Assembly: GCA_900539605.1 (NCBI GenBank)
Contig: UQCS01000003.1
Coordinates: forward strand, 7,172 to 71,171
Length of the DNA: 64,000 nt
Direction: 5' to 3'
Source: an uncultured Azospirillum sp.
GTDB taxonomy: Bacteria > Pseudomonadota > Alphaproteobacteria > RF32 > CAG-239
Part shown: piece by piece, positions 1 to 7,936 of the stretch
Layout: each line of letters starts with the position of its first letter
How positions within the stretch are numbered: the stretch's first letter is position 1
Notes under the pieces: generated by a model
The model's input: the letters and a program-made list of their open reading frames with translations, nothing else
What the model was told of the DNA's origin: nothing
Databases searched by the model: none
Program-made: the position numbers and the translations under genes

Positions 1-369
1 GGGTTCGCCATAGGTCGCACAAGTACTCGAAAAAACGATTTTATCAACCGCCGCCGCCCTCATTGCTTCGAGCAGATTCAGCGTTCCGATCACATTATTG
101 CGATAATATTTCTGCGGATCTTCCACGCTTTCACCGACATAGGCAAAAGCGGCAAAATGAATAACCGCATCTATTTTATATTTGTCGAATATTTTTTTGA
201 GACTTTCTGTCTCCAGCAAATCAGCCTTTTCAAACCGAACTTCCGGTGCCACCGCTTCCCGGTGCCCGTACACCAGATTGTCGGCGACCACACATTCATA
301 TCCTTTTTGCAGCAAGTGCCTTACCGTATGAGAGCCGATATATCCGGCACCGCCTGTCACCAGTATCAT
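1..369 (-). CDS. galE: UDP-glucose 4-epimerase, N-terminal 123 codons; the gene runs off the left edge
   Basis: My translation of the minus strand from the ATG at 369 gives MILVTGGAGYIGSHTVRHLLQKGYECVVADNLVYGH...IHFAAFAYVGESVEDPQKYYRNNVIGTLNLLEAM...KIVFSSTCATYGEP. The GxxGxxG Rossmann start and the STCATYGEP block are typical GalE. It is absent from the ORF track because no stop lies in the window. Confidence 0.85.
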   Translation of the reverse strand, partial: MILVTGGAGYIGSHTVRHLLQKGYECVVADNLVYGHREAVAPEVRFEKADLLETESLKKIFDKYKIDAVIHFAAFAYVGESVEDPQKYYRNNVIGTLNLLEAMRAAAVDKIVFSSTCATYGEP

Positions 370-446
370 TAGTCTTTTTTCTCCTTAGTAGACGTCGTTT
401 TGCAGTTGAGCCGGAATAAAAGCTCATTCCGGCCTTTTCAGATCAG

Positions 447-1412
447 CTATTCGGCAGCAACCGCTACCGCGGCTATTTCCTTGCGAAAATATTCAATTGT
501 CTTGTCAAGTCCTTCGCTGAGCTTGATCCGGGGTTCCCAGCCCAATTTAGCGCGCGCCAGCGTAATATCCGGCCGACGCTGGGTTGGATCATCACTCGGC
601 AACCCCATATAAACAACTTTTGAACTGCAACCAATTTTTGCAACCACCATTTCCGCCAGTTCCCGAATTGTAAACTCCCCGGGATTTCCGGTATTAACCG
701 GCCCTTGAAAATCTTTGGGACTGTTCATCATCCGCACCATTGCTTCGATCAAATCGTCAACGTAACAAAACGAACGGGTCTGATGACCATCGCCGTAAAT
801 CGTGATATCCTCGCCGCGCAAGGCCTGACAAATGAAATTGCTGACAACCCGGCCATCGTTCGGGTCCATATAGGGACCATAGGTGTTAAAAATACGGATA
901 ACCTTAATATCCACCCCTTCATGGCGCCAATAATCAAAGAACAGGCTCTCGGCGCACCGTTTTCCTTCATCATAGCAGGCACGGATACCGTTGGGATTGA
1001 CGTTTCCGCGATAAGCTTCTACCTGAGGATGAACCAACGGTTCGCCATAAACTTCGGAAGTGGAGGTCTGCAAAATAGTTGCACGATGTTTTTTGGCCAA
1101 TTCCAACATATTAATCGCACCCAATACACAGGTTTTTGTTGTCGTGATCGAATGTTTGCCCTGATAGGCAGGAGGACTTGCCGGACAGGCCATATTATAA
1201 ATTTGGTCCAAATGTTCGTCGACTTCCAGCGGTTGACAGATGTCGTAGTTAATAAATCTAAAATTAGGATGATTCAGAATATCCTTAATATTCGAAAGGC
1301 GCCCGGTGTAATTATTGTCTACGCATATAACCCGCTGTCCTTCAGCAATCAGCCGATGGCACAAATTAGCGCCCAAAAAGCCGGTTCCGCCCGTAATAAG
1401 TATTGTCTTCAT
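447..1412 (-). CDS. UDP-glucuronate decarboxylase (UDP-xylose synthase-like extended SDR)
   Basis: 321-aa ORF. It has [16 protein letters not shown], a YDEGKR catalytic block, [11 protein letters not shown] and [13 protein letters not shown], which are strongly UXS/ArnA-decarboxylase-like. A GAGGAA RBS lies upstream of the ATG. Confidence 0.8.
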   Translation of the reverse strand: MKTILITGGTGFLGANLCHRLIAEGQRVICVDNNYTGRLSNIKDILNHPNFRFINYDICQPLEVDEHLDQIYNMACPASPPAYQGKHSITTTKTCVLGAINMLELAKKHRATILQTSTSEVYGEPLVHPQVEAYRGNVNPNGIRACYDEGKRCAESLFFDYWRHEGVDIKVIRIFNTYGPYMDPNDGRVVSNFICQALRGEDITIYGDGHQTRSFCYVDDLIEAMVRMMNSPKDFQGPVNTGNPGEFTIRELAEMVVAKIGCSSKVVYMGLPSDDPTQRRPDITLARAKLGWEPRIKLSEGLDKTIEYFRKEIAAVAVAAE

Positions 1413-1784
1413 AATTTCCTCTTAAATTTTGTCCCTTATTCTTCCGGTTGTATAGACCCTGCACTTGTTTACACATTTTTCTTGCTGCCCGTACGTTCTG
1501 CCCGCTTTGCCGGCAATTCATACACCGGATGCGAAAAACAAAATGGCCAACAACCTGTTATTGCTTACAGCAAAATAGTTTTGCATCTTTTAGTGGAAAT
1601 AATTAAATTATCCTCGCTAAAGTTAACATTCGCTAATATAAGACCCAATTTTCTGAATTCATCGGTAATAAAAAATAATTTTTTGAAATTTAGTGTTATT
1701 AATTGATCTTTCGTATTATTTTTTTACGTATAAAACAATACCCCGATTTTCGGGGGTGTTGTTTTGCTTTGCCTGACCGGCAAC

Positions 1785-1814
1785 AAAAAAGAGCCGCAAA
1801 TACGGCTCTTTTTT
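1785..1814. terminator. Bidirectional rho-independent terminator downstream of the autotransporter gene
   Basis: A-run, then GAGCCG stem, 6-nt loop, CGGCTC stem, then T-run. It lies 20 nt past the stop at 1835. Confidence 0.6.
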
Positions 1815-1834
1815 GTTTTTGGGTTTGGCTCAAA

Positions 1835-4800
1835 CTACCAGCTGTAGCTGAGGCCGAGACCGATGGTCGATGCTTTGTAGTCATCGCCGAAGGTATGGTT
1901 GGCCCAACCATAAGCCGACAATTGTTCGGTGAAGCCGCAACGGCCCCCGAGTTCAATCCGGCCCAACGTCTGGTCTTCCAAGGTGTTGACCCCTCTCAAA
2001 CCGCTAATTTTAACGTCATCACCACCGTTGAAGGTTTGCACAACGCTCGGTTTGACATAAAGGTTGACATTGCCTTCATCCGTTATAAACGCCTTCGTCA
2101 GCTTGACGCCGGCTTCCAGTTCCAACTGGCGCAATGTGTTATACTTGGCCACTTTGCCGGCACTGTCTTTGGCATCATCATAGTCAACCTGAGTATAGAA
2201 AGCACCGATACTCGGGGTCACATACGATGTGTTATTCAGCACATAGTCATAACCCAGCTCAATGCTGCCGCCGAACTCAGCACCGTCGGTATCCGACTTA
2301 ATGCCGTCTTTGGTCTTCAGGTCCGCTTTCTGGATACCGCCATAGACAGTGGCAAAGCCCCACCAGTTGTTACGATCATAACGATAGTACAAGCCTGCCA
2401 GATAACTGTCGATATCAATCTCCGAGCCGATGGTCGAGTAATGATGCTTACCGTCACCGTTCATGTCATAGTTACCTTTGCGGTAGGACAGGAACAGGCC
2501 CAACTTGTTGTTTAAGTCATGCTGCAGGTCACCGCCAGCTTCCAGTCCCCAAACGTCGGCATCAACATTGACCAACGCTTCGTTCTCCGAAGTCCGGTAA
2601 ACCGCATTTGCCCACAGGGTATTGAATGCTTTGCCGTTCCAGTAACAATCATAGAAGCCGCAACCCGGATAATAGAAACGGTTGCCCTGGATCTGGCGAC
2701 TGATGTTGCCGATCATCCCCTTGGTCTGTTCCAGTGCTGCCACCGGCAGTCCCTGATAGGCTATCACTTCCGGTGCTACTTTGCGATAATCAACCGACGG
2801 CTGCGGAGGAGTCGGAACATCCGGAACATCGGGTACGTCAGGAACATCCGGCACATCAGGAACATCAGGTTCTTCCGGTTCAACATATTTATCCGGATTG
2901 TCCTGATCGTTCATAATCAGGCCCCACTGATTATTGTTGGATGCCAACTGGGTATATTTAACCTCGAACAGATACGGGCTCTTATAAACGCGCGAGACCA
3001 CGAACGAACCTTCGTTACCGGTCGTATCGTTCTCCGACTGCGCAAACAAAATCTCGCCTTTACCGCGAATATCAACGTCAGACGAAGCATGAACAATCAT
3101 CTTGGTCACACCTTCAACATTGCCGTCAATGTTCAGCATATCCGCTTTCATGTTATCGGTATCGACATCAAGATGCAAAAAGCTGTCGGTCGCCGAATAG
3201 CCTTTCAGCTTCACGGTTTCCAGATAACCGTTGGCAATATCAAATACGGCATTGTTCAGCGACAACGAAGTCACCGCATCGGCATTATAGTTAGCCGTAC
3301 CGTCAGCATATAACGAAGCGACAAACGCACCTTTGCCGTCCCGATTTTTTGCACTTTGATCTTCGTGTTGATAAGCGCCAAACTTCAAGGTCGTATTCTC
3401 GACCTTAAGATCTTTGACATTCACAATATCATTGTTGATTGCAATATATTGCGTCGTCGTGCCGGTAGCCGCATCAATCGTATCGTTGCCTTTGAAGACA
3501 TAATTACCATTCTCCATGTTATCATTGATTACCCAGGCACCACCGCCGGTCGTGTCAAAAGTCATTGTGATTGCAGCAGTCGGTTTCGTATAAACGGCAT
3601 TATAAATTTTGCCTCGGCTGTCTTCTGTATAGTTGCCCGACATAAAATGAGTACCGGAACCTGAAGTAAAGTTCATATTACTCATAGTATATATCGCACC
3701 ACCGCTTTTTTGAGCAGAATTCCCGATAAAATCGCCGGTAACATGACCGATACTCTTATTCGCATCGTTAAAAACAGCACCGCCGTTTTCATCGCTTCGA
3801 TTATTCAAGAAATTGCCGGTAATACTGCCGATTTCTTTATAATTTACGATTGCGCCACCATCTTTTTTAATACTGTGGTTATTTATAAAATTACCGGTAA
3901 TATCGCCAATTGTCCCCATCCCGCCATTATAAATGGCACCAGTATTATCGATAAAATCTCCGGTTATGGATGCGATGGTTCCTTCATTGCTGATCGCACC
4001 TCCCCAGCTTATAGAAGAATTTCCGATAAAGTTACCGGTAATATGGCCCATTTTCGCATAATGGTAATTTGTAACGGCGCCGGAAGTCGATGTAGAAACG
4101 TTAGCAATAAAATCTCCGGTAATGTTGCCAACAGTTTTCTGATTATAAATGGCACTGCCGGATGTTGCAGAGTTGGAGATAAAGTCACCGGTTACATCAC
4201 CAAGAGTTCCTTCATTTTTAATTGCACCTCCATCATTTTTGGCAATATTGCCGACAAAACGACCGGCAATGCTTCCGATTGTTGCATTCATATCATTAAA
4301 AATAGCGCCGCCTCGGCCGCCACCCTCACCTTGACCGGCAAGATTACCGACAAAGTTGCCACTGATATGGCCTATTTTTCCGTTTCTGTAATTGTAAATA
4401 GCACCGCCATGCCCTTGGTCACCTGTTCTACTTAATCCGACGTAATTAGCAACAAAGTTACCGATGATACTGCCGGTTGTTCCTTCGTTGTAAATCGCGC
4501 CACCACCATAAGGAGCATGATTATGAACAAAGCTGCCGGAAACATTATCAATTGTATTTTTGTTTTCAATTGCACCACCTTTTGAGAATCCTCTCTTAAT
4601 ATTCGCAAAATCGGCGTCAACATCGCCGGTCAGTTTAGTCTGAGTGGACGTATATTTAGTTCGGTTATCATCTGCCGTATATGTATATTTTAAATATTGA
4701 GTTTCTCCATTAGGAAGTTCAATTGCAATAACATTCTCTCCTTCTGCAGAAACTTTTTCCAGTGAAAGGTTTTCAGCTGTTGAGAGTTTGTCTTGCAACA

Positions 4801-5221
4801 AAACAACTTTATAATATTTGGTATTTGTCAGTTTGCCTTCTTCATCAAATTCGGGAACAGAGAAGTTATAATCACTCTCCGAGCCTTCCGAATAGGCAAA
4901 CGCACTCGACGGTATTGCCGCCACATCAAAGCCGTATTTTACACCGTCAACTTCAAACAAGCCGTTGGCATCTTCTTTCAGTGTTCCGGCGGAAGTTCCC
5001 GCCAGTGTCGTTAACAGACCGGCATTATCGCCGCTGGGTGTAAAATAGTAGTTTTTATCGCCGATCTCAAACTTAACCGCACCTTCGGGCAGATCACCGG
5101 TTAGTTCGGTCAAAGTGTAAGTTTCGCTGATTGAGGGGAGAACAGAGCCGGCTTCCGATTTCAAAGTATCCAACGTCGGCGTTAGTGAGGCAGCAATTGC
5201 CAAAGAAATATGCTTATTCAT
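1835..5221 (-). CDS. Autotransporter outer-membrane protein with a Pmp-type repeat passenger domain
   Basis: 1128-aa ORF. The passenger carries about 12 GGA[IV] and 11 FxxN motifs at roughly 25-aa spacing. A (PDV)6 proline-rich linker follows. The C-terminal ~280 aa have alternating beta-strand character and end GLGLSYSW (aromatic terminus), typical of an autotransporter barrel. Confidence 0.85.
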   Translation of the reverse strand: MNKHISLAIAASLTPTLDTLKSEAGSVLPSISETYTLTELTGDLPEGAVKFEIGDKNYYFTPSGDNAGLLTTLAGTSAGTLKEDANGLFEVDGVKYGFDVAAIPSSAFAYSEGSESDYNFSVPEFDEEGKLTNTKYYKVVLLQDKLSTAENLSLEKVSAEGENVIAIELPNGETQYLKYTYTADDNRTKYTSTQTKLTGDVDADFANIKRGFSKGGAIENKNTIDNVSGSFVHNHAPYGGGAIYNEGTTGSIIGNFVANYVGLSRTGDQGHGGAIYNYRNGKIGHISGNFVGNLAGQGEGGGRGGAIFNDMNATIGSIAGRFVGNIAKNDGGAIKNEGTLGDVTGDFISNSATSGSAIYNQKTVGNITGDFIANVSTSTSGAVTNYHYAKMGHITGNFIGNSSISWGGAISNEGTIASITGDFIDNTGAIYNGGMGTIGDITGNFINNHSIKKDGGAIVNYKEIGSITGNFLNNRSDENGGAVFNDANKSIGHVTGDFIGNSAQKSGGAIYTMSNMNFTSGSGTHFMSGNYTEDSRGKIYNAVYTKPTAAITMTFDTTGGGAWVINDNMENGNYVFKGNDTIDAATGTTTQYIAINNDIVNVKDLKVENTTLKFGAYQHEDQSAKNRDGKGAFVASLYADGTANYNADAVTSLSLNNAVFDIANGYLETVKLKGYSATDSFLHLDVDTDNMKADMLNIDGNVEGVTKMIVHASSDVDIRGKGEILFAQSENDTTGNEGSFVVSRVYKSPYLFEVKYTQLASNNNQWGLIMNDQDNPDKYVEPEEPDVPDVPDVPDVPDVPDVPTPPQPSVDYRKVAPEVIAYQGLPVAALEQTKGMIGNISRQIQGNRFYYPGCGFYDCYWNGKAFNTLWANAVYRTSENEALVNVDADVWGLEAGGDLQHDLNNKLGLFLSYRKGNYDMNGDGKHHYSTIGSEIDIDSYLAGLYYRYDRNNWWGFATVYGGIQKADLKTKDGIKSDTDGAEFGGSIELGYDYVLNNTSYVTPSIGAFYTQVDYDDAKDSAGKVAKYNTLRQLELEAGVKLTKAFITDEGNVNLYVKPSVVQTFNGGDDVKISGLRGVNTLEDQTLGRIELGGRCGFTEQLSAYGWANHTFGDDYKASTIGLGLSYSW
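2816..2869 (-). repeat. Six tandem 9-nt units encoding (Pro-Asp-Val)6 inside the autotransporter linker
   Basis: Plus strand reads AACATCCGG AACATCGGG TACGTCAGG AACATCCGG CACATCAGG AACATCAGG. The units are in frame and differ only at synonymous positions. Confidence 0.85.
3686..4579 (-). repeat. Protein-level repeat array: polymorphic-outer-membrane-protein (Pmp) type GGAI / FxxN repeats
   Basis: Residues 215-512 contain GGAIEN, GGGAIYN, GGAIYN, GGAIFN, GGAIKN, GSAIYN, GAVTN, GGAISN, GAIYN, GGAIVN, GGAVFN and GGAIYT. These are interleaved with FVHN, FVAN, FVGN, FVGN, FISN, FIAN, FIGN, FIDN, FINN, FLNN and FIGN. Confidence 0.75.
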
Positions 5222-5282
5222 TCACGCAATCCTTATCTAAATGCATTTAAACGTTCATTTTTTTGATACGCCTGAAAACCAC

Positions 5283-5312
5283 AAAAAAAACCGCCTTTAT
5301 GGGCGGTTTTTT
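5283..5312. terminator. Hairpin terminator, copy A, attached to the duplicated tRNA-Pro 3' fragment
   Basis: A8, then CCGCC, 6-nt loop, GGCGG, then T6. Confidence 0.5.
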
Positions 5313-5350
5313 GCTGGTCGGGACAGACGGATTCGAACCATCGGCATCTT
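5302..5350 (-). repeat. Direct repeat copy A: 49 bp identical to the terminator 3' arm plus the 3' part of tRNA-Pro (CCA, acceptor 3' strand, T-arm, variable loop)
   Basis: GGCGGTTTTTTGCTGGTCGGGACAGACGGATTCGAACCATCGGCATCTT is identical to 5575-5623. Upstream of it there is no D-arm, anticodon arm or acceptor 5' strand, so this is a tRNA fragment and not a gene. Confidence 0.9.
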
Positions 5351-5470
5351 CTCTGGCTTATAAGCTCTGCCCTCCGGGCAATCGCTAACGCGCTGCGGTC
5401 ACTTGTCTTGTAACTTTTGCCAACTTCGCTCCCGCTCGTTCGCAAAATAACAAGACTTCGCCTGTCGTCG

Positions 5471-5495
5471 AAAAAACTTCCGCCGGAAGTTTTTT
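5471..5495. terminator. Palindromic hairpin flanked by A6/T6 between the two tRNA repeat copies
   Basis: AAAAAACTTCCGCCGGAAGTTTTTT. It is symmetric and could terminate transcription in either direction. Confidence 0.4.
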
Positions 5496-5558
5496 CTTCC
5501 TCCAGCCCAAAGCAAGCGCAAACACTTTGCTAAATGGAAGCAAGATGCCTTAAATAAC

Positions 5559-5585
5559 AAAAACCGCCCGTAAAGGCGGTTTTTT
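5559..5585. terminator. Terminator immediately downstream of tRNA-Pro, copy B
   Basis: A5, then CCGCC, CGTAAA loop, GGCGG, then T6. It abuts the encoded CCA end of the tRNA. Confidence 0.6.
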
Positions 5586-5623
5586 GCTGGTCGGGACAGA
5601 CGGATTCGAACCATCGGCATCTT
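5575..5623 (-). repeat. Direct repeat copy B: part of the intact tRNA-Pro plus its terminator arm
   Basis: 49/49 identical to 5302-5350. Confidence 0.9.
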
Positions 5624-5664
5624 GCTCCCAAAGCAAGCGCTCTACCAGGCTGAGCTATGTCCCG
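5588..5664 (-). tRNA. tRNA-Pro (anticodon UGG), CCA encoded
   Basis: The reverse complement folds as a perfect cloverleaf. Arms are acceptor CGGGACA/TGTCCCG, D stem GCTC/GAGC, anticodon stem CTTGC/GCAAG and T stem GATGG/CCGTC. The anticodon loop is TTTGGGA (U33, anticodon TGG, G37) and the T loop is TTCGAAT. The discriminator is A, followed by CCA. Total 77 nt. Confidence 0.93.
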
Positions 5665-5716
5665 TTGAGGATTTCTTATAATTAGCCCGTAAAAAAATAT
5701 TTTGCAACATTTTTTT

Positions 5717-6415
5717 TTAACGCTTCATCAACAATCCGTGATCGTTAAAACTATATACCAAATTTTTACTGACAATAAAATGATCAATCAAACGAATATC
5801 AACTGCCGACAATGCACCCTCAATTTTACGCGTCACTTCAATATCCGCTCGTGACGGCGTCACATCGCCCGAGGGGTGATTATGAACCAGAATCAAGGCT
5901 GTTGCCCCTTTTAAAACCGCAGCACGCATCACCTCTCCGGGATGAATTGCAACCGCATTGACACTCCCGCGTTGCTGTACTTCTTCGCCGATAATCCGGT
6001 TTTTGGCATTAAGAAAAATCACGCGAAACTCTTCTCTTTCCTTATAACCCGATGCTGCACGGCAATATTCCATAATTGAATCAAAATTGGTCAAAACCGG
6101 TGCTTCGGTGGCACTTAACTTTTGCCACGACATTCTTAAGGCAGACTCCCGGACAATCTTAAACACCAATACAGAGCTTTCTTTCAAATCTTTAAATGTC
6201 ATCAGCCGGTCATCCGGTGCGAACAAAACTTCGGCAAAACCACCAAACTCTTTAACCAGAGCTTTAGCTAACGGCTTGGTGTCTTTTCGCGGAATAGCCA
6301 GCGTCAACAACAGTTCCAGCATTTCATAATCGGCCATATCTTGACCACCGCCGAGCCTAAAACGTTCCTTAAGGCGTTGCCGATGACCGATGTAGTCGGG
6401 AGTCTCTTCTTTCAT
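5717..6415 (-). CDS. radC: RadC-family JAB/MPN domain protein
   Basis: 232 aa. It has an N-terminal HhH-like region and C-terminal HNHPSGDVTPSRADIEVT (the JAMM motif of RadC). Confidence 0.85.
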   Translation of the reverse strand: MKEETPDYIGHRQRLKERFRLGGGQDMADYEMLELLLTLAIPRKDTKPLAKALVKEFGGFAEVLFAPDDRLMTFKDLKESSVLVFKIVRESALRMSWQKLSATEAPVLTNFDSIMEYCRAASGYKEREEFRVIFLNAKNRIIGEEVQQRGSVNAVAIHPGEVMRAAVLKGATALILVHNHPSGDVTPSRADIEVTRKIEGALSAVDIRLIDHFIVSKNLVYSFNDHGLLMKR

Positions 6416-6423
6416 TAAAGTCC

Positions 6424-7221
6424 TTATTTATACGGAGGTTTATCCAAACCTTTCGGCGAATAAGTAAACACTTCATAACCATCTTTGGTCACGCCGAGAG
6501 AATGTTCAAACTGGGCAGAAAGCGACTTGTCCCGGGTGACCGCCGTCCAGCCGTTGGACATAATAAAACCGTCTTTTTTGCCGATATTGATCATCGGTTC
6601 AATTGTGAAGAACATTCCTTCTTCCATCACCGGTCCGGTTCCCTTGCGGCCGCAATGCATAACGTTGGGACTGTCATGGAAAACCCTTCCCAAACCGTGT
6701 CCGCAAAACATATCCACTACCGAATAGCCGTACTTGTGGGCATATTCCTCAATCACCGCACCGATATCGCCGAAATGTGCGCCGGGACGCACCGCTTCAA
6801 TCCCACGCATCATGCATTCATAAGTCACGTCACACAGGCGGGTTGCTTTCAATTTGGGCTTTCCGGCATAATACATCCGGCTGGTATCGCCGAACCAACC
6901 GTCCAGAATAACCGTCACATCAATATTCAAAATATCGCCGTCGGCAAGTTTGCGGTCATCGGGAATGCCATGGCAAATAACATGGTTGATTGAAATACAG
7001 CTTGATTTCGGATATCCGTGATAATTAAGACAAGCCGGCACCGCACCGTGGCCCTCAATATAATTTCGGCACAAATCGTCAAGTTCTCCGGTGGTTACGC
7101 CGACGGTTACATAATCCGTGATATAATCCAAAACTTCGGCCGCCAACTTGCCGGCCCGACGCATTTTTTCAAAATCCTCAGGATTGTAAACAACAATTCC
7201 ATCTTTGGTTTTTCTTGTCAA
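6424..7221 (-). CDS. map: Type I methionine aminopeptidase
   Basis: 265 aa with HGIPDDRKLADGDILNIDVT, GWFGDTSRMY, FCGHGLG and FTIEPM, the canonical MetAP metal-ligand blocks. Confidence 0.93.
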   Translation of the reverse strand: MTRKTKDGIVVYNPEDFEKMRRAGKLAAEVLDYITDYVTVGVTTGELDDLCRNYIEGHGAVPACLNYHGYPKSSCISINHVICHGIPDDRKLADGDILNIDVTVILDGWFGDTSRMYYAGKPKLKATRLCDVTYECMMRGIEAVRPGAHFGDIGAVIEEYAHKYGYSVVDMFCGHGLGRVFHDSPNVMHCGRKGTGPVMEEGMFFTIEPMINIGKKDGFIMSNGWTAVTRDKSLSAQFEHSLGVTKDGYEVFTYSPKGLDKPPYK

Positions 7222-7347
7222 TTTAACCGCTCCTTTAATACATTTTTGCTCTATTATTTACACCCCGCACAACTTTTTTGCAACAGCTTTTCTTGAATAT
7301 CTACATTTATTGCTTATATGACAATCAACTGTTACGGGAGGATCAAA

Positions 7348-7836
7348 ATGGCTGATTTACGCAAATTTCTCTACTGTTTTTTTATGACTCTGCTCACTCT
7401 TATTGTCGGCGCCTATTTTAACTATGAGGGCGTAAACAGCTGGTACCAAACGCTCGAAAAACCCGTATTAACGCCGCCCGATCAGGTGTTTCCGATCGCC
7501 TGGGGACTTATCTATCTGACAATGGTCTTTGCTTTTTACTTTGCCTTTAAGGCTACAACTTCGAGAGAAAGCATCAGCCGCACCAACAATTTTTTTATCA
7601 ATCAGCTTTTTTTGCATATTTTGTGGAATTTTGCTTTTTTCTATACCGGTTACATCGCTCTGGCGCTGCTTGTGCTGATCGTGTTGGATATCGTTGTTTT
7701 TCGCACCATTTACTGGTTCTTTCAAATTTCGCCGATTTCCGCCTGGCTGCTGATTCCGTACCAGGCGTGGCTGCTGTTTGCCACTTGGTTAAATGCCGGG
7801 TTTGTCTACCTCCACGGATTTGCCGTAACTTTTTAG
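7348..7836 (+). CDS. tspO: TspO/MBR family tryptophan-rich sensory protein
   Basis: Five hydrophobic segments with WYQTLEKPVLTPPDQVFPIAWGLIY and PYQAWLLFATWLN. I prefer the ATG at 7348, preceded by GGGAGGA, over the track start at 7318. Confidence 0.8.
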   Translation: MADLRKFLYCFFMTLLTLIVGAYFNYEGVNSWYQTLEKPVLTPPDQVFPIAWGLIYLTMVFAFYFAFKATTSRESISRTNNFFINQLFLHILWNFAFFYTGYIALALLVLIVLDIVVFRTIYWFFQISPISAWLLIPYQAWLLFATWLNAGFVYLHGFAVTF

Positions 7837-7936
7837 GAAAATCTGCTAAATTTCTATGGACAGTTAAACAAGATTGCATTAAAAGTTAGGGTTAGTTTTT
7901 AAGACACTTTTTAATGTAATTGGAAAGAAATTGGTT

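Noticed and set aside
705-1706. 333-aa plus-strand ORF
   Set aside because: It lies antisense to the well-supported UDP-glucuronate decarboxylase gene and runs into its promoter region. The sequence is low-complexity with no motifs. It is a shadow ORF of the kind expected when TTA/CTA/TCA codons are rare in the sense gene.
1703-4435. Plus-strand ORFs of 270, 264 and 241 aa (1703-2515, 2519-3313, 3710-4435)
   Set aside because: All are antisense to the 1128-aa autotransporter ORF, which has clear Pmp repeats and a barrel domain. These ORFs have no features of their own.
2816-4579. Repetitive DNA as a possible CRISPR array or VNTR
   Set aside because: The repeats are in frame inside one long ORF. 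The Pmp repeats are conserved only at protein level with variable spacing. There is no repeat-spacer architecture and there are no cas genes.
5315-5400. Possible second tRNA gene using the duplicated T-arm and acceptor 3' end
   Set aside because: No complementary acceptor 5' strand (CGGGACA) or D-arm lies upstream. The best anticodon-like stem-loop (CTTAT/AAGCCAG/AGAAG) has an A:G mismatch and lacks U33. I treat it as a tRNA fragment.
5233-5620. 70-aa and 73-aa minus-strand ORFs
   Set aside because: They run through the tRNA-Pro fragment, three terminator hairpins and part of the tRNA itself, and have no RBS. They are non-coding.
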